From assembly GCF_020745735.1 (NCBI RefSeq), contig NC_083440.1, positions 31,978,468-32,042,467 of the forward strand: a DNA stretch of 64,000 nucleotides, given 5' to 3'. The position numbers and the translations under genes are program-made. Positions 1-15,000 of the stretch are shown here, piece after piece. Numbering within the stretch: position 1 is the stretch's first letter; each line of letters begins with the position of its first letter. Source of the stretch: Hemiscyllium ocellatum. Taxonomy: Eukaryota. The notes under the pieces are model-generated. The model saw nothing but the letters and a program-made list of their open reading frames with translations, made no database searches and had not been told where the DNA came from.

Positions 1-3000
1 ATTCAATGAATCACACCATATTCCTTGTTTCAATCGAACAAACATTTGTTGATTCAAATTTTTAGTAAATCCTACTGCACTCGTTCTTTCCATGAAACAG
101 ACTGCACATGTAGAGGTACTCTCGTTGGATCAATGCCTCAAACTTAACGCATTGATTCAATCAAACATATTGAACAAATTTAGCCCATGAAGCAAACATT
201 GAATGAAAAAGAAAAGTTCTACTCATTGAACGAACACGTCCAGTTTCCTCCGTGGAGCAAATGTTTGCAGTTGCTTTGAATGAATCAATGCGTTAGGCTT
301 GTGTCATTAAACGAATGAGAGAACCTTTACTGATTTCACTCTGTTCCATTGAATGAACAAGTGCAGGAGGATTCACTGAATAAGTCAGTTACGTTTGTTC
401 CATTGAAACAAGGATTGTGGTTTGGTTCGTTGAATGAATGATTGCATTTGATTCAATTATTCAATGAATGCAGTTTGTTTCATTCAATGAAAACGGTGAG
501 CTTGACATATTGAATGAATCAGAGAAGCTCTTCTATTTGAATTAAGGCGGCCAGTTTGGTTCATGGAGTGAAGGTGCGCAGTTTGACAGAGACAACGCGT
601 GAAACCTATGGCTTGGAATGAATGAGAGTAGCTCATTGACAAGTGCAGCTTCTTTCATTGAATGAATGGGTGCAGTGTGCATTGAATGAACGCGACATTG
701 AATGAGTGAGAGTATCTGTATTCATTGAATTGACAAGTGTTGTTTGCTTCATGGGCTAAATTTGTTCAATATGTTTGATTGAATCAATGCGCTAACTTTG
801 AGGCATTGATCCAACGAGAGTACCTCTACATGTGCAGTCTGTTTCATTGAAAGAACGAGTGCAGTAGACTCACTAAAAATTTGAATCAACAAATGTTTGT
901 TCGATTGAAACAAGGAATATGGTGTGATTCATTGAATCAATTCAATGATTTAATGAATGCAGTTTGTATAATTGAATGAAAGCGTTGTGCTTGACACTTT
1001 AAATGAATGAGAGAAGCTCTATACTGAACAGGTGCAGTTTGGTTCATGGATTGAATGTGTGCTGCATTCTTTGAATCTTTGCATCAAACTACAATCACTG
1101 ATTCAATGAATCAAATCTTATTTCTTGTTTCAATGGAACAAACCTAACTCACACAGTTAGTGATTCAAACTGCACACTTTCATTCAATGAAATAGGCTGC
1201 ACTTGTCAATTCAATGAGTAGAGTTATTCTCATTCGTTCAATGTCACAGGCTTCACACATTGTCTCAATCAAACTGCACACATTCAATCCATGAACTAAA
1301 CTGCACCTGTTAATTTAATGAGTATAGAGCTTCTCTCATTCATTCAAAGTGACAAGCACAACGCTTTCATTCAATTATACAAACTGCATTCATTAAATCA
1401 TGAATTGATTCAACGAATCAAACCTCTTTCCTTGTTTCAATCGAACAAACGTAATTGACTTATTGAGTGAATCCTCCTGCACTCGGTCATTCAATGCAAC
1501 AGACTGCAATCAGTAAAGGTTCACTCATTCGTTTAATGACACAAGCCTAACGCATTGATTCAATCAAAGAAACGGCAAACATTTCCTCCATGGAGGAAAC
1601 TGCACGTGTTCGTTCAATGAGTAGAACTTTTCTTTTTCATTCAATACCTCGAGCTTAACGCTTTAATTCTATGAATCAAGCTGCATTCATTCTTTGATTC
1701 ATATTTCAATCATTGATTCAAAGAATCAAATGGAATTCATTGATTTAAGTGTACTAACATCACTTTATTTGAGGAGTGAATTCAACTGCGTTCATTCTAT
1801 TAATGAATCAAACTGCAAACATTCATTCGATGAGAAACATGGCAAGTCCTGTTCCAATGAATCTAGCTTTTGCCATTCATTCAATGAAGGAAACTGCACG
1901 CGTTCATTGAATGATACAAACTGCATGCGTTCATTAAATGAAACAGACTTCACTTGTTCATTTAATATAAACAGCTTTTCTCGTTGACTCAAGCTTTACA
2001 CTTTCATTCAATGAAAGCAACTGCATTCATTCAATCATTGATTCAAACTGCCATCCTTCAGTCAATGAATCAATCAGTATCAATCGACACAATAAAATAA
2101 ATCACGTTTCCTTCGTGAACAAAACAGAAAACCTGTATTCAATGAAATACACTGCACGTCTTAATTCAATGAGTGGAGCACCGGCCATTCATTCAATACC
2201 ACGTGCAAAACGCATTCATTCAATGAAACGAACCGCACGCATTCAATACAGACTGCAGGTCTAAATTCAATTTTTAGATCTTCGTTCATTAATTCAATGG
2301 ATCAAGCTTATCGCTTTCACTCAATGAAACAAGCTGCATTCATTGAATCATGGCATCAACCTACATTCACTGATTCAATGAATCAAACCTTATTTCTTGT
2401 TTCAATGGAACAAACCTAACTCACACAGTTAGTGATTCAAACTGCACACTTTCATTCAATGAAATAGGCTGCAATTGTCAATCCAATGAGTTGAGTTACT
2501 CTCATTCGTTCAATGTCACAAGCTTCACACATTGTCTCAATCAAATTGCACACATTCAATCCATAAACCAAACTGCACCTGTTAATTCAATGAGTATGGA
2601 GCTCCTCTCATTCATTCAAAGTGTCAAGCACAATGCTTTCATTCAATTATACAAACTGCATTCATTAAATCATTGAATTGATTCAATGAATCACACCATA
2701 TTCCTTGTTTCAATCGAACAAACATTTGTTGATTCAAATTTTTAGTAAGTCCTACTGCACTCGTTCTTTCAATGAAACAGACTGCACATGTAGAGGTACT
2801 CTCGTTGGATCAATGCCTCAAACTTAACGCATTGATTCAATCAAACATATTGAACAAATTTAGCCCATGAAGCAAACATTGAATGAAAAAGAAAAGTTCT
2901 ACTCATTGAACGACCACGTCCAGTTTCCTCCGTGGAGCAAATGTTTTGCAGTTTCTTTGAATGAATCAATGCGTTAGGCTTGTGTCATTAAACGAATGAG

Positions 3001-6000
3001 AGAACCTTTACTGATTTCACTCTGTTCCATTGAATGAACAAGTGCAGGAGGATTCACTGAATAAGTCAGTTACGTTTGTTCCATTGAAACAAGGATTGTG
3101 GTTTGGTTCGTTGAATGAATGATTGCATTTTGATTCAATTATTCAATGAATGCAGTTTGTTTCATTCAATGAAAATGGTGAGCTTGACATATTGAATGAA
3201 TCAGAGAAGCTCTTCTATTTGAATTAAGGCGGCCAGTTTGGTTCATGGAGTGAAGGTGCGCAGTTTGACAGAGACAACGCGTGAAACCTGTGGCTTGGAA
3301 TGAATGAGAGTAGCTCATTGACAAGTGCAGCTTCTTTCATTGAATGAATGGGTGCAGTGTGCATTGAATGAACGCGACATTGAATGAGTGAGAGTATCTG
3401 TATTCATTGAATTGACAAGTGTTGTTTGCTTCATGGGCTAAATTTGTTCAATATGTTTGATTGAATCAATGCGTTAAGTTTGAGGCATTGATCCAACGAG
3501 AGTACCTCTACATGTGCAGTCTGTTTCATTGAAAGAACGAGTGCAGTAGACTCACTAAAAATTTGAATCAACAAATGTTGGTTCGATTGAAACAAGGAAT
3601 ATGGTGTGATTCATTGAATCAATTCAATGATTTAATGAATGCAGTTTGTATAATTGAATGAAAGCGTTGTGCTTGACACTTTAAATGAATGAGAGAAGCT
3701 CTATACTTAACAGGTGCAGTTTGGTTCATGGATTGAATGTGTGCTGCATTCATTGAATCTTTGCATCAAACTACAATCACTGATTCCATGAATCAAATCT
3801 TATTTCTTGTTTCAATGGAACAAACCTAACTCACACAGTTAGTGATTCAAACTGCACACTTTCATTCAATGAAATAGGCTGCACTTGTCAATTCAATGAG
3901 TAGAGTTATTCTCATTCGTTCAATGTCACAGGCTTCACACATTGTCTCAATCAAACTGCACACATTCAATCCATGAACTAAACTGCACCTGTTAATTTAA
4001 TGAGTATAGAGCTTCTCTCATTCATTCAAAGTGACAAGCACAACGCTTTCATTCAATTATACAAACTGCATTCATTAAATCATGAATTGATTCAACGAAT
4101 CAAACTTCTTTCCTTGTTTCAAACAAACAAACGTAATTGACTTATTGAGTGAATCCTCCTGCACTCGGTCATTCAATGCAGCAGACTGCAATCAGTAAAG
4201 GTTCACTCATTCGTTTAATGACACAAGCCTAACGCATTGATTCAATCAAAGAAACGGCAAACATTTCCTCCATGGAGGAAACTGCACGTGTTCGTTCAAT
4301 GAGTAGAACTTTTCTTTTTCATTCAATACCTCGAGCTTAACGCTTTAATTCTATGAATCAAGCTGCATTCATTCTTTGATTCATATTTCAATCATTGATT
4401 CAAAGAATCAAATGGAATTCATTGATTTAAGTGTACTAACATCACTTTATTTATGAAGTGAATTTAACTGCGTTCATTCTATTAATGAATCAAACTGCAA
4501 ACATTCATTCGATGAGAAACATGGCAAGTCCTGTTCCAATGAATCTAGCTTTTGCCATTCATTCAATGAAGGAAACTGCACGCGTTCATTGAATGATACA
4601 AACTGCATGCGTTCATTAAATGAAACAGACTTCACTTGTTCATTTAATATAAACAGCTTTTCTCGTTGACTCAAGCTTTACACTTTCATTCAATGAAAGC
4701 AACTGCATTCATTCAATCATTGATTCAAACTGCCATCCTTTAGTCAATGAATCAATCAGTATCAATCGACACAATAGAATAAATCACGTTTCCTTCGTGA
4801 ACAAAACAGAAAACCTGTATTCAATGAAATACACTGCACGTCTTAATTCAATGAGTGGTGCACCGGCCATTCATTCAATACCACGAGCAAAACGCATTCA
4901 TTCAATGAAACGAACTGCACGCATTCAATACAGACTGCAGGTCTAAATTCAATTTTTAGATCTTCATTCATTCATTCAATGGGTCAAGCTTATCGCTTAC
5001 ACTCAATGAAACAAGCCATGAATTCATTGAATCATGGCATCAAACTACAATCACTGATTCAATGAATCAAACCTTATTTCTTGTTTCAATGGAACAAACC
5101 TAACTCACACAGTTAGTGATTCAAACTGCACACTTTCATTCAATGAAATAGGCTGCAATTGTCAATCCAATGAGTTGAGTTACTCTCATTCGTTCAATGT
5201 CACAAGCTTCACACATTGTCTCAATCAAATTGCACACATTCAATCCATAAACCAAACTGCACCTGTTAATTCAATGAGTATGGAGCTCCTCTCATTCATT
5301 CAAAGTGTCAAGCACAATGCTTTCATTCAATTATACAAACTGCATTCATTAAATCATTGAATTGATTCAATGAATCACACCATATTCCTTGTTTCAATCG
5401 AACAAACATTTGTTGATTCAAATTTTTAGTAAGTCCTACTGCACTCGTTCTTTCAATGAAACAGACTGCACATGTAGAGGTACTCTCGTTGGATCAATGC
5501 CTCAAACTTAACGCATTGATTCAATCAAACATATTGAACAAATTTAGCCCATGAAGCAAACATTGAATGAAAAAGAAAAGTTCTACTCATTGAACGAACA
5601 CGTCCAGTTTCCTCCGTGGAGCAAATGTTTGCAGTTTCTTTGAATGAATCAATGCGTTAGGCTTGTGTCATTAAACGAATGAGAGAACCTTTACTGATTT
5701 CACTCTGTTCCATTGAATGAACAAGTGCAGGAGGATTCACTGAATAAGTCAGTTACGTTTGTTCCATTGAAACAAGGATTGTGGTTTGGTTCGTTGAATG
5801 AATGATTGCATTTTGATTCAATTATTCAATGAATGCAGTTTGTTTCATTCAATGAAAACGGTGAGCTTGACATATTGAATGAATCAGAGAAGCTCTTCTA
5901 TTTGAATTAAGGCGGCCAGTTTGGTTCATGGAGTGAAGGTGCGCAGTTTGACAGAGACAACGCGTGAAACCTATGGCTTGGAATGAATGAGAGTAGCTCA

Positions 6001-9000
6001 TTGACAAGTGCAGCTTCTTTCATTGAATGAATGGGTGCAGTGTGCATTGAATGAACGCGACATTGAATGAGTGAGAGTATCTGTATTCATTGAATTGACA
6101 AGTGTTGTTTGCTTCATGGGCTAAATTTGTTCAATGTTTGATTGAATCAATGCGTTAAGTTTGAGGCATTGATCCAACGAGAGTACCTCTACATGTGCAG
6201 TCTGTTTCATTGAAAGAACGAGTGCAGTAGACTCACTAAAAATTTGAATCAACAAATGTTTGTTCGATTGAAACAAGGAATATGGTGTGATTCATTGAAT
6301 CAATTCAATGATTTAATGAATGCAGTTTGTATAATTGAATGAAAGCGTTGTGCTTGACACTTTAAATGAATGAGAGAAGCTCTATACTTAACAGGTGCAG
6401 TTTGGTTCATGGATTGAATGTGTGCTGCATTCATTGAATCTTTGCATCAAACTACAATCACTGATTCAATGAATCAAATCTTATTTCTTGTTTCAATGGA
6501 ACAAACCTAACTCACACAGTTAGTGATTCAAACTGCACACTTTCATTCAATGAAATAGGCTGCACTTGTCAATTCAATGAGTAGAGTTATTCTCATTCGT
6601 TCAATGTCACAGGCTTCACACATTGTCTCAATCAAACTGCACACATTCAATCCATGAACTAAACTGCACCTGTTAATTTAATGAGTATAGAGCTTCTCTC
6701 ATTCATTCAAAGTGACAAGCACAACGCTTTCATTCAATTATACAAACTGCATTCATTAAATCATGAATTGATTCAACGAATCAAACCTCTTTCCTTGTTT
6801 CAATCGAACAAACGTAATTGACTTATTGAGTGAATCCTCCTGCACTCGGTCATTCAATGCAACAGACTGCAATCAGTAAAGGTTCACTCATTCGTTTAAT
6901 GACACAAGCCTAACGCATTGATTCAATCAAAGAAACGGCAGACCATGGAGGAAACTGCACGTGTTCGTTCAATGAGTAGAACTTTTCTTTTTCATTCAAT
7001 ACCTCGAGCTTAACGCTTTAATTCTATGAATCAAGCTGCATTCATTCTTTGATTCATATTTCAATCATTGATTCAAAGAATCAAATGGAATTCATTGATT
7101 TAACTGTACTAACATCACTTTATTTATGGAGTGAATTTAACTGCGTTCATTCTATTAATGAATCAAACTGCAAACATTCATTCGATGAGAAACATGGCAA
7201 GTCCTGTTCCAATGAATCTAGCTTTTGCCATTCATTCAATGAAGGAAACTGCACGCGTTCATTGAATGATACAAACTGCATGCGTTCATTAAATGAAACA
7301 GACTTCACTTGTTCATTTAATATAAACAGCTTTTCTCGTTGACTCAAGCTTTACACTTTCATTCAATGAAAGCAACTGCATTCATTCAATCATTGATTCA
7401 AACTGCCATCCTTTAGTCAATGAATCAATCAGTATCAATCGACACAATAAAATAAATCACGTTTCCTTCGTGAACAAAACAGAAAACCTGTATTCAATGA
7501 AATACACTGCACGTCTTAATTCAATGAGTGGAGCACCGGCCATTCATTCAATACCACGAGCAAAACGCATTCATTCAATGAAACGAACTGCACGCATTCA
7601 ATACAGACTGCAGGTCTAAATTCAATTTTTAGATCTTCATTCATTCATTCAATGGGTCAAGCTTATCGCTTTCACTCAATGAAACAAGCTGCATTCATTG
7701 AATCATGGCATCAAACTACAATCACTGATTCAATGAATCAAACCTTATTTCTTGTTTCAATGGAACAAACCTAACTCACACAGTTAGTGATTCAAACTGC
7801 ACACTTTCATTCAATGAAATAGGCTGCAATTGTCAATCCAATGAGTTGAGTTACTCTCATTCGTTCAATGTCACAAGCTTCACACATTGTCTCAATCAAA
7901 TTGCACACATTCAATCCATAAACCAAACTGCACCTGTTAATTCAATGAGTATGGAGCTCCTCTCATTCATTCAAAGTGTCAAGCACAATGCTTTCATTCA
8001 ATTATACAAACTGCATTCATTAAATCATTGAATTGATTCAATGAATCACACCATATTCCTTGTTTCAATCGAACAAACATTTGTTGATTCAAATTTTTAG
8101 TAAGTCCTACTGCACTCGTTCTTTCAATGAAACAGACTGCACATGTACTCTCGTTGGATCAATGCCTCAAACTTAACGCATTGATTCAATCAAACATATT
8201 GAACAAATTTAGCCCATGAAGCAAACATTGAATGAAAAAGAAAAGTTCTACTCATTGAACGAACACGTCCAGTTTCCTCCGTGGAGCAAATGTTTTGCAG
8301 TTTCTTTGAATGAATCAATGCGTTAGGCTTGTGTCATTAAACGAATGAGAGAACCTTTACTGATTTCACTCTGTTCCATTGAATGAACAAGTGCAGGAGG
8401 ATTCACTGAATAAGTCAGTTACGTTTGTTCCATTGAAACAAGGATTGTGGTTTGGTTCGTTGAATGAATGATTGCATTTTGATTCAATTATTCAATGAAT
8501 GCAGTTTGTTTCATTCAATGAAAACGGTGAGCTTGACATATTGAATGAATCAGAGAAGCTCTTCTATTTGAATTAAGGCGGCCAGTTTGGTTCATGGAGT
8601 GAAGGTGCGCAGTTTGACAGAGACAACGCGTGAAACCTATGGCTTGGAATGAATGAGAGTAGCTCATTGACAAGTGCAGCTTCTTTCATTGAATGAAAGG
8701 GTGCAGTGTGCATTGAATGAACGCGACATTGAATGAGTGAGAGTATCTGTATTCATTGAATTGACAAGTGTTGTTTGCTTCATGGGCTAAATTTGTTCAA
8801 TATGTTTGATTGAATCAATGCGTTAAGTTTGAGGCATTGATCCAACGAGGTACCTCTACATGTGCAGTCTGTTTCATTGAAAGAACGAGTGCAGTAGACT
8901 CACTAAAAATTTGAATCAACAAATGTTTGTTCGATTGAAACAAGGAATATGGTGTGATTCATTGAATCAATTCAATGATTTAATGAATGCAGTTTGTATA

Positions 9001-12000
9001 TTTGAATGAAAGCGTTGTGCTTGACACTTTAAATGAATGAGAGAAGCTCTATACTTAACAGGTGCAGTTTGGTTCATGGATTGAATGTGTGCTGCATTCA
9101 TTGAATCTTTGCATCAAACTACAATCACTGATTCAATGAATCAAATCTTATTTCTTGTTTCAATGGAACAAACCTAACTCACACAGTTAGTGATTCAAAC
9201 TGCACACTTTCATACAATGAAATAGGCTGCACTTGTCAATTCAATGAGTAGAGTTATTCTCATTCGTTCAATGTCACAGGCTTCACACATTGTCTCAATC
9301 AAACTGCACACATTCAATCCATGAACTAAACTGCACCTGTTAATTTAATGAGTATAGAGCTTCTCTCATTCATTCAAAGTGACAAGCACAACGCTTTCAT
9401 TCAATTATACAAACTGCATTCATTAAATCATGAATTGATTCAACGAATCAAACCTCTTTCCTTGTTTCAATCGAACAAACGTAATTGACTTATTGAGTGA
9501 ATCCTCCTGCACTCGGTCATTCAATGCAACAGACTGCAATCAGTAAAGGTTCACTCATTCGTTTAATGACACAAGCCTAACGCATTGATTCAATCAAAGA
9601 AACGGCAAACATTTCCTCCATGGAGGAAACTGCACGTGTTCGTTCAATGAGTAGAACTTTTCTTTTTCATTCAATACCTCGAGCTTCAATTCTATGAATC
9701 AAGCTGCATTCATTCTTTGATTCATATTTCAATCATTGATTCAAAGAATCAAATGGAATTCATTGATTTAAGTGTACTAACATCACTTTATTTATGGAGT
9801 GAATTTAACTGCGTTCATTCTATTAATGAATCAAACTGCAAACATTCATTCGATGAGAAACATGGCAAGTCCTGTTCCAATGAATCTAGCTTTTGCCCTT
9901 CATTCAATGAAGGAAACTGCACGCGTTCATTGAATGATACAAACTGCATGCGTTCATTAAATGAAACAGACTTCACTTGTTCATTTAATATAAACAGCTT
10001 TTCTCGTTGACTCAAGCTTTACACTTTCATGCATTCATTCAATCATTGATTCAAACTGCCATCCTTTAGTCAATGAATCAATCAGTATCAATCGACACAA
10101 TAAAATAAATCACGTTTCCTTCGTGAACAAAACAGAAAACCTGTATTCAATGAAATACACTGCACGTCTTAATTCAATGAGTGGAGCACCGGCCATTCAT
10201 TCAATACCACGAGCAAAACGCATTCATTCAATGAAACGAACTGCACGCATTCAATACAGACTGCAGGTCTAAATTCAATTTTTAGATCTTCATTCATTCA
10301 TTCAATGGGTCAAGCTTATCGCTTTCACTCAATGAAACAAGCTGCATTCATTGAATCATGGCATCAAACTACAATCACTGATTCAATGAATCAAACCTTA
10401 TTTCTTGTTTCAATGGAACAAACCTAACTCACACAGTTAGTGATTCAAACTGCACACTTTCATTCAATGAAATAGGCTGCAATTGTCAATCCAATGAGTT
10501 GAGTTACTCTCATTCGTTCAATGTCACAAGCTTCACACATTGTCTCAATCAAATTGCACACATTCAATCCATAAACCAAACTGCACCTGTTAATTCAATG
10601 AGTATGGCGCTCCTCTCATTCATTCAAAGTGTCAAGCACAATGCTTTCATTCAATTATACAAACTGCATTCATTAAATCATTGAATTGATTCAATGAATC
10701 ACACCATATTCCTTGTTTCAATCGAACAAACATTTGTTGATTCAAATTTTTAGTAAGTCCTACTGCACTCGTTCTTTCAATGAAACAGACTGCACATGTA
10801 GAGGTACTCTCGTTGGATCAATGCCTCAAACTTAACGCATTGATTCAATCAAACATATTGAACAAATTTAGCCCATGAAGCAAACATTGAATGAAAAAGA
10901 AAAGTTCTACTCATTGAACGAACACGTCCAGTTTCCTCCGTGGAGCAACTGTTTTGCTGTTTCTTTGAATGAATCAATGCGTTAGGCTTGTGTCATTAAA
11001 CGAATGAGAGAACCTTTACTGATTTCACTCTGTTCCATTGAATGAACAAGTGCAGGAGGATTCACTGAATAAGTCAGTTACGTTTGTTCCATTGAAACAA
11101 GGATTGTGGTTTGGTTCGTTGAATGAATGATTGCATTTTGATTCAATTATTCAATGAATGCAGTTTGTTTCATTCAATGAAAACGGTGAGCTTGACATAT
11201 TGAATGAATCAGAGAAGCTCTTCTATTTGAATTTAGGCGGCCAGTTTGGTTCATGGAGTGAAGGTGCGCAGTTTGACAGAGACAACGCGTGAAACCTATG
11301 GCTTGGAATGAATGAGAGTAGCTCATTGACAAGTGCAGCTTCTTTCATTGAATGAATGGGTGCAGTGTGCATTGAATGAACGCGACATTGAATGAGTGAG
11401 AGTATCTGTATTCATTGAATTGACAAGTGTTGTTTGCTTCATGGGCTAAATTTGTTCAATATGTTTGATTGAATCAATGCGTTAAGTTTGAGGCATTGAT
11501 CCAACGAGAGTACCTCTACATGTGCAGTCTGTTTCATTGAAAGAACGAGTGCAGTAGACTCACTAAAAATTTGAATCAACAAATGTTTGTTCGATTGAAA
11601 CAAGGAATATGGTGTGATTCATTGAATCAATTCAATGATTTAATGAATGCAGTTTGTATAATTGAATGAAAGCGTTGTGCTTGACACTTTAAATGAATGA
11701 GAGAAGCTCTATACTTAACAGGTGCAGTTTGGTTCATGGATTGAATGTGTGCTGCATTCATTGAATCTTTGCATCAAACTACAATCACTGATTCAATGAA
11801 TCAAATCTTATTTCTTGTTTCAATGGAACAAACCTAACTCACACAGTTAGTGATTCAAACTGCACACTTTCATTCAATGAAATAGGCTGCACTTGTCAAT
11901 TCAATGAGTAGAGTTATTCTCATTCGTTCAATGTCACAGGCTTCACACATTGCCTCAATCAAACTGCACACATTCAATCCATGAACTAAACTGCACCTGT

Positions 12001-15000
12001 TAATTTAATGAGTATAGAGCTTCTCTCATTCATTCAAAGTGACAAGCACAACGCTTTCATTCAATTATACAAACTGCATTCATTAAATCATGAATTGATT
12101 CAACGAATCAAACCTCTTTCCTTGTTTCAATCGAACAAACGTAATTGACTTATTGAGTGAATCCTCCTGCACTCGGTCATTCAATGCAATAGACTGCAAT
12201 CAGTAAAGGTTCACTCATTCGTTTAATGACACAAGCCTAACGCATTGATTCAATCAAAGAAACGGCAAACATTTCCTCCATGGAGGAAACTGCACGTGTT
12301 CGTTCAATGAGTAGAACTTTTCTTTTTCATTCAATACCTCGAGCTTAACGCTTTAATTCTATGAATCAAGCTGCATTCATTCTTTGATTCATATTTCAAT
12401 CATTGATTCAAAGAATCAAATGGAATTCATTGATTTAAGTGTACTAACATCACTTTATTTATGGAGTGAATTTAACTGCGTTCATTCTATTAATGAATCA
12501 AACTGCAAACATTCATTCGATGAGAAACATGGCAAGTCCTGTTCCAATGAATCTAGCTATTGCCATTCATTCAATGAAGGAAACTGCACGCGTTCATTGA
12601 ATGATACAAACTGCATGCGTTCATTAAATGAAACAGACTTCACTTGTTCATTTAATATAAACAGCTTTTCTCGTTGACTCAAGCTTTACACTTTCATTCA
12701 ATGAAAGCAACTGCATTCATTCAATCATTGATTCAAACTGCCATCCTTTAGTCAATGAATCAATCAGTATCAATCGATACAATAAAATAAATCACGTTTC
12801 CTTCGTGAACCAAACAGAAAACCTGTATTCAATGAAATACACTGCACGTCTAAATTCAATGAGTGGAGCACCGGCCATTCATTCAATACCACGAGCAAAA
12901 CGCATTCATTCAATGAAACGAACTGCACGCATTCAATACAGACTGCAGGTCTAAATTCAATTTTTAGATCTTCGTTCATTCATTCAATGGTCAAGCTTAT
13001 CGCTTTCACTCAATGAAACAAGCTGCATTCATTGAATCATGGCATCAAACTACAATCACTGATTCAATGAATCAAACCTTATTTCTTGTTTCAATGGAAC
13101 AAACCTAACTCACACAGTTAGTGATTCAAACTGCACACTTTCATTCAATGAAATAGGCTGCACTTGTCAATTCAATGAGGAGAGTTATTCTCATTCGTTC
13201 AATGTCACAGGCTTCACACATTGTCTCAATCAAACTGCACACATTCAATCCATGAACTAAACTGCACCTGTTAATTTAATGAGTATAGAGCTTCTCTCAT
13301 TCATTCAAAGTGACAAGCACAACGCTTTCATTCAATTATACAAACTGCATTCATTAAATCATGAATTGATTCAACGAATCAAACCTCTTTCCTTGTTTCA
13401 ATCGAACAAACGTAATTGACTTATTGAGTGAATCCTCCTGCACTCGGTCATTCAATGCAACAGACTGCAATCAGTAAAGGTTCACTCATTCGTTTAATGA
13501 CACAAGCCTAACGCATTGATTCAATCAAAGAAACGGCAAACATTTCCTCCATGGAGGAAACTGCACGTGTTCGTTCAATGAGTAGAACTTTTCTTTTTCA
13601 TTCAATACCTCGAGCATAACGCTTGAATTCTATGAATCAAGCTGCATTCATTCTTTGATTCATATTTCAATCATTGATTCAAAGAATCAAATGGAATTCA
13701 TTGATTTAAGTGTACTAACATCACTTTATTTATGGAGTGAATTTAACTGCGTTCATTCTATTAATGAATCAAACTGCAAACATTCATTCGATGAGAAACA
13801 TGGCAAGTCCTGTTCCAATGAATCTAGCTATTGCCATTCATTCAATGAAGGAAACTGCACGCGTTCATTGAATGATACAAACTGCATGCGTTCATTAAAT
13901 GAAACAGACTTCACTTGTTCATTTAATATAAACAGCTTTTCTCGTTGACTCAAGCTTTACACTTTCATTCAATGAAAGCAACTGCATTCATTCAATCATT
14001 GATTCAAACTGCCATCCTTTAGTCAATGAATCAATCAGTATCAATCGACACATTAAAATAAATCACGTTTCCTTCGTGAACAAAACAGAAAACCTGTATT
14101 CAATGAAATACACTGCACGTCTTAATTCAATGAGTGGAGCACCGGCCATTCATTCAATACCACGAGCAAAACGCATTCATTCAATGAAACGAACTGCACG
14201 CATTCAACACAGACTGCAGGTCTAAATTCAATTTTTAGATCTTCGTTCATTCATTCAATGTGTCAAGCTTATCGCTTTCACTCAATGAAACAAGCTGCAT
14301 TCATTGAATCATGGCATCAAACTACAATCACTGATTCAATGAATCAAACCTTATTTCTTGTTTCAATGGAACAAACCTAACTCACACAGTTAGTGATTCA
14401 AACTGCACACTTTCATTCAATGAAATAGGCTGCAATTGTCAATCCAATGAGTTGAGTTACTCTCATTCGTTCAATGTCACAAGCTTCACACATTGTCTCA
14501 ATCAAATTGCACACATTCAATCCATAAACCAAACTGCACCTGTTAATTCAATGAGTATGGAGCTCCTCTCATTCATTCAAAGTGTCAAGCACAATGCTTT
14601 CATTCAATTATACAAACTGCATTCATTAAATCATTGAATTGATTCAATGAATCACACCATATTCCTTGTTTCAATCGAACAAACATTTGTTGATTCAAAT
14701 TTTTAGTAAGTCCTACTGCACTCGTTCTTTCAATGAAACAGACTGCACATGTAGAGGTATTCTCGTTGGATCAATGCCTCAAACTTAACGCATTGATTCA
14801 ATCAAACATATTGAACAAATTTAGCCCATGAAGCAAACATTGAATGAAAAAGAAAAGTTCTACTCATTGAACGAACACGTCCAGTTTCCTCCGTGGAGCA
14901 AATGTTTTGCTGTTTCTATGAATGAATCAATGCGTTAGGCTTGTGTCATTAAACGAATGAGAGAACCTTTACTGATTTCACTCTGTTCCATTGAATGAAC

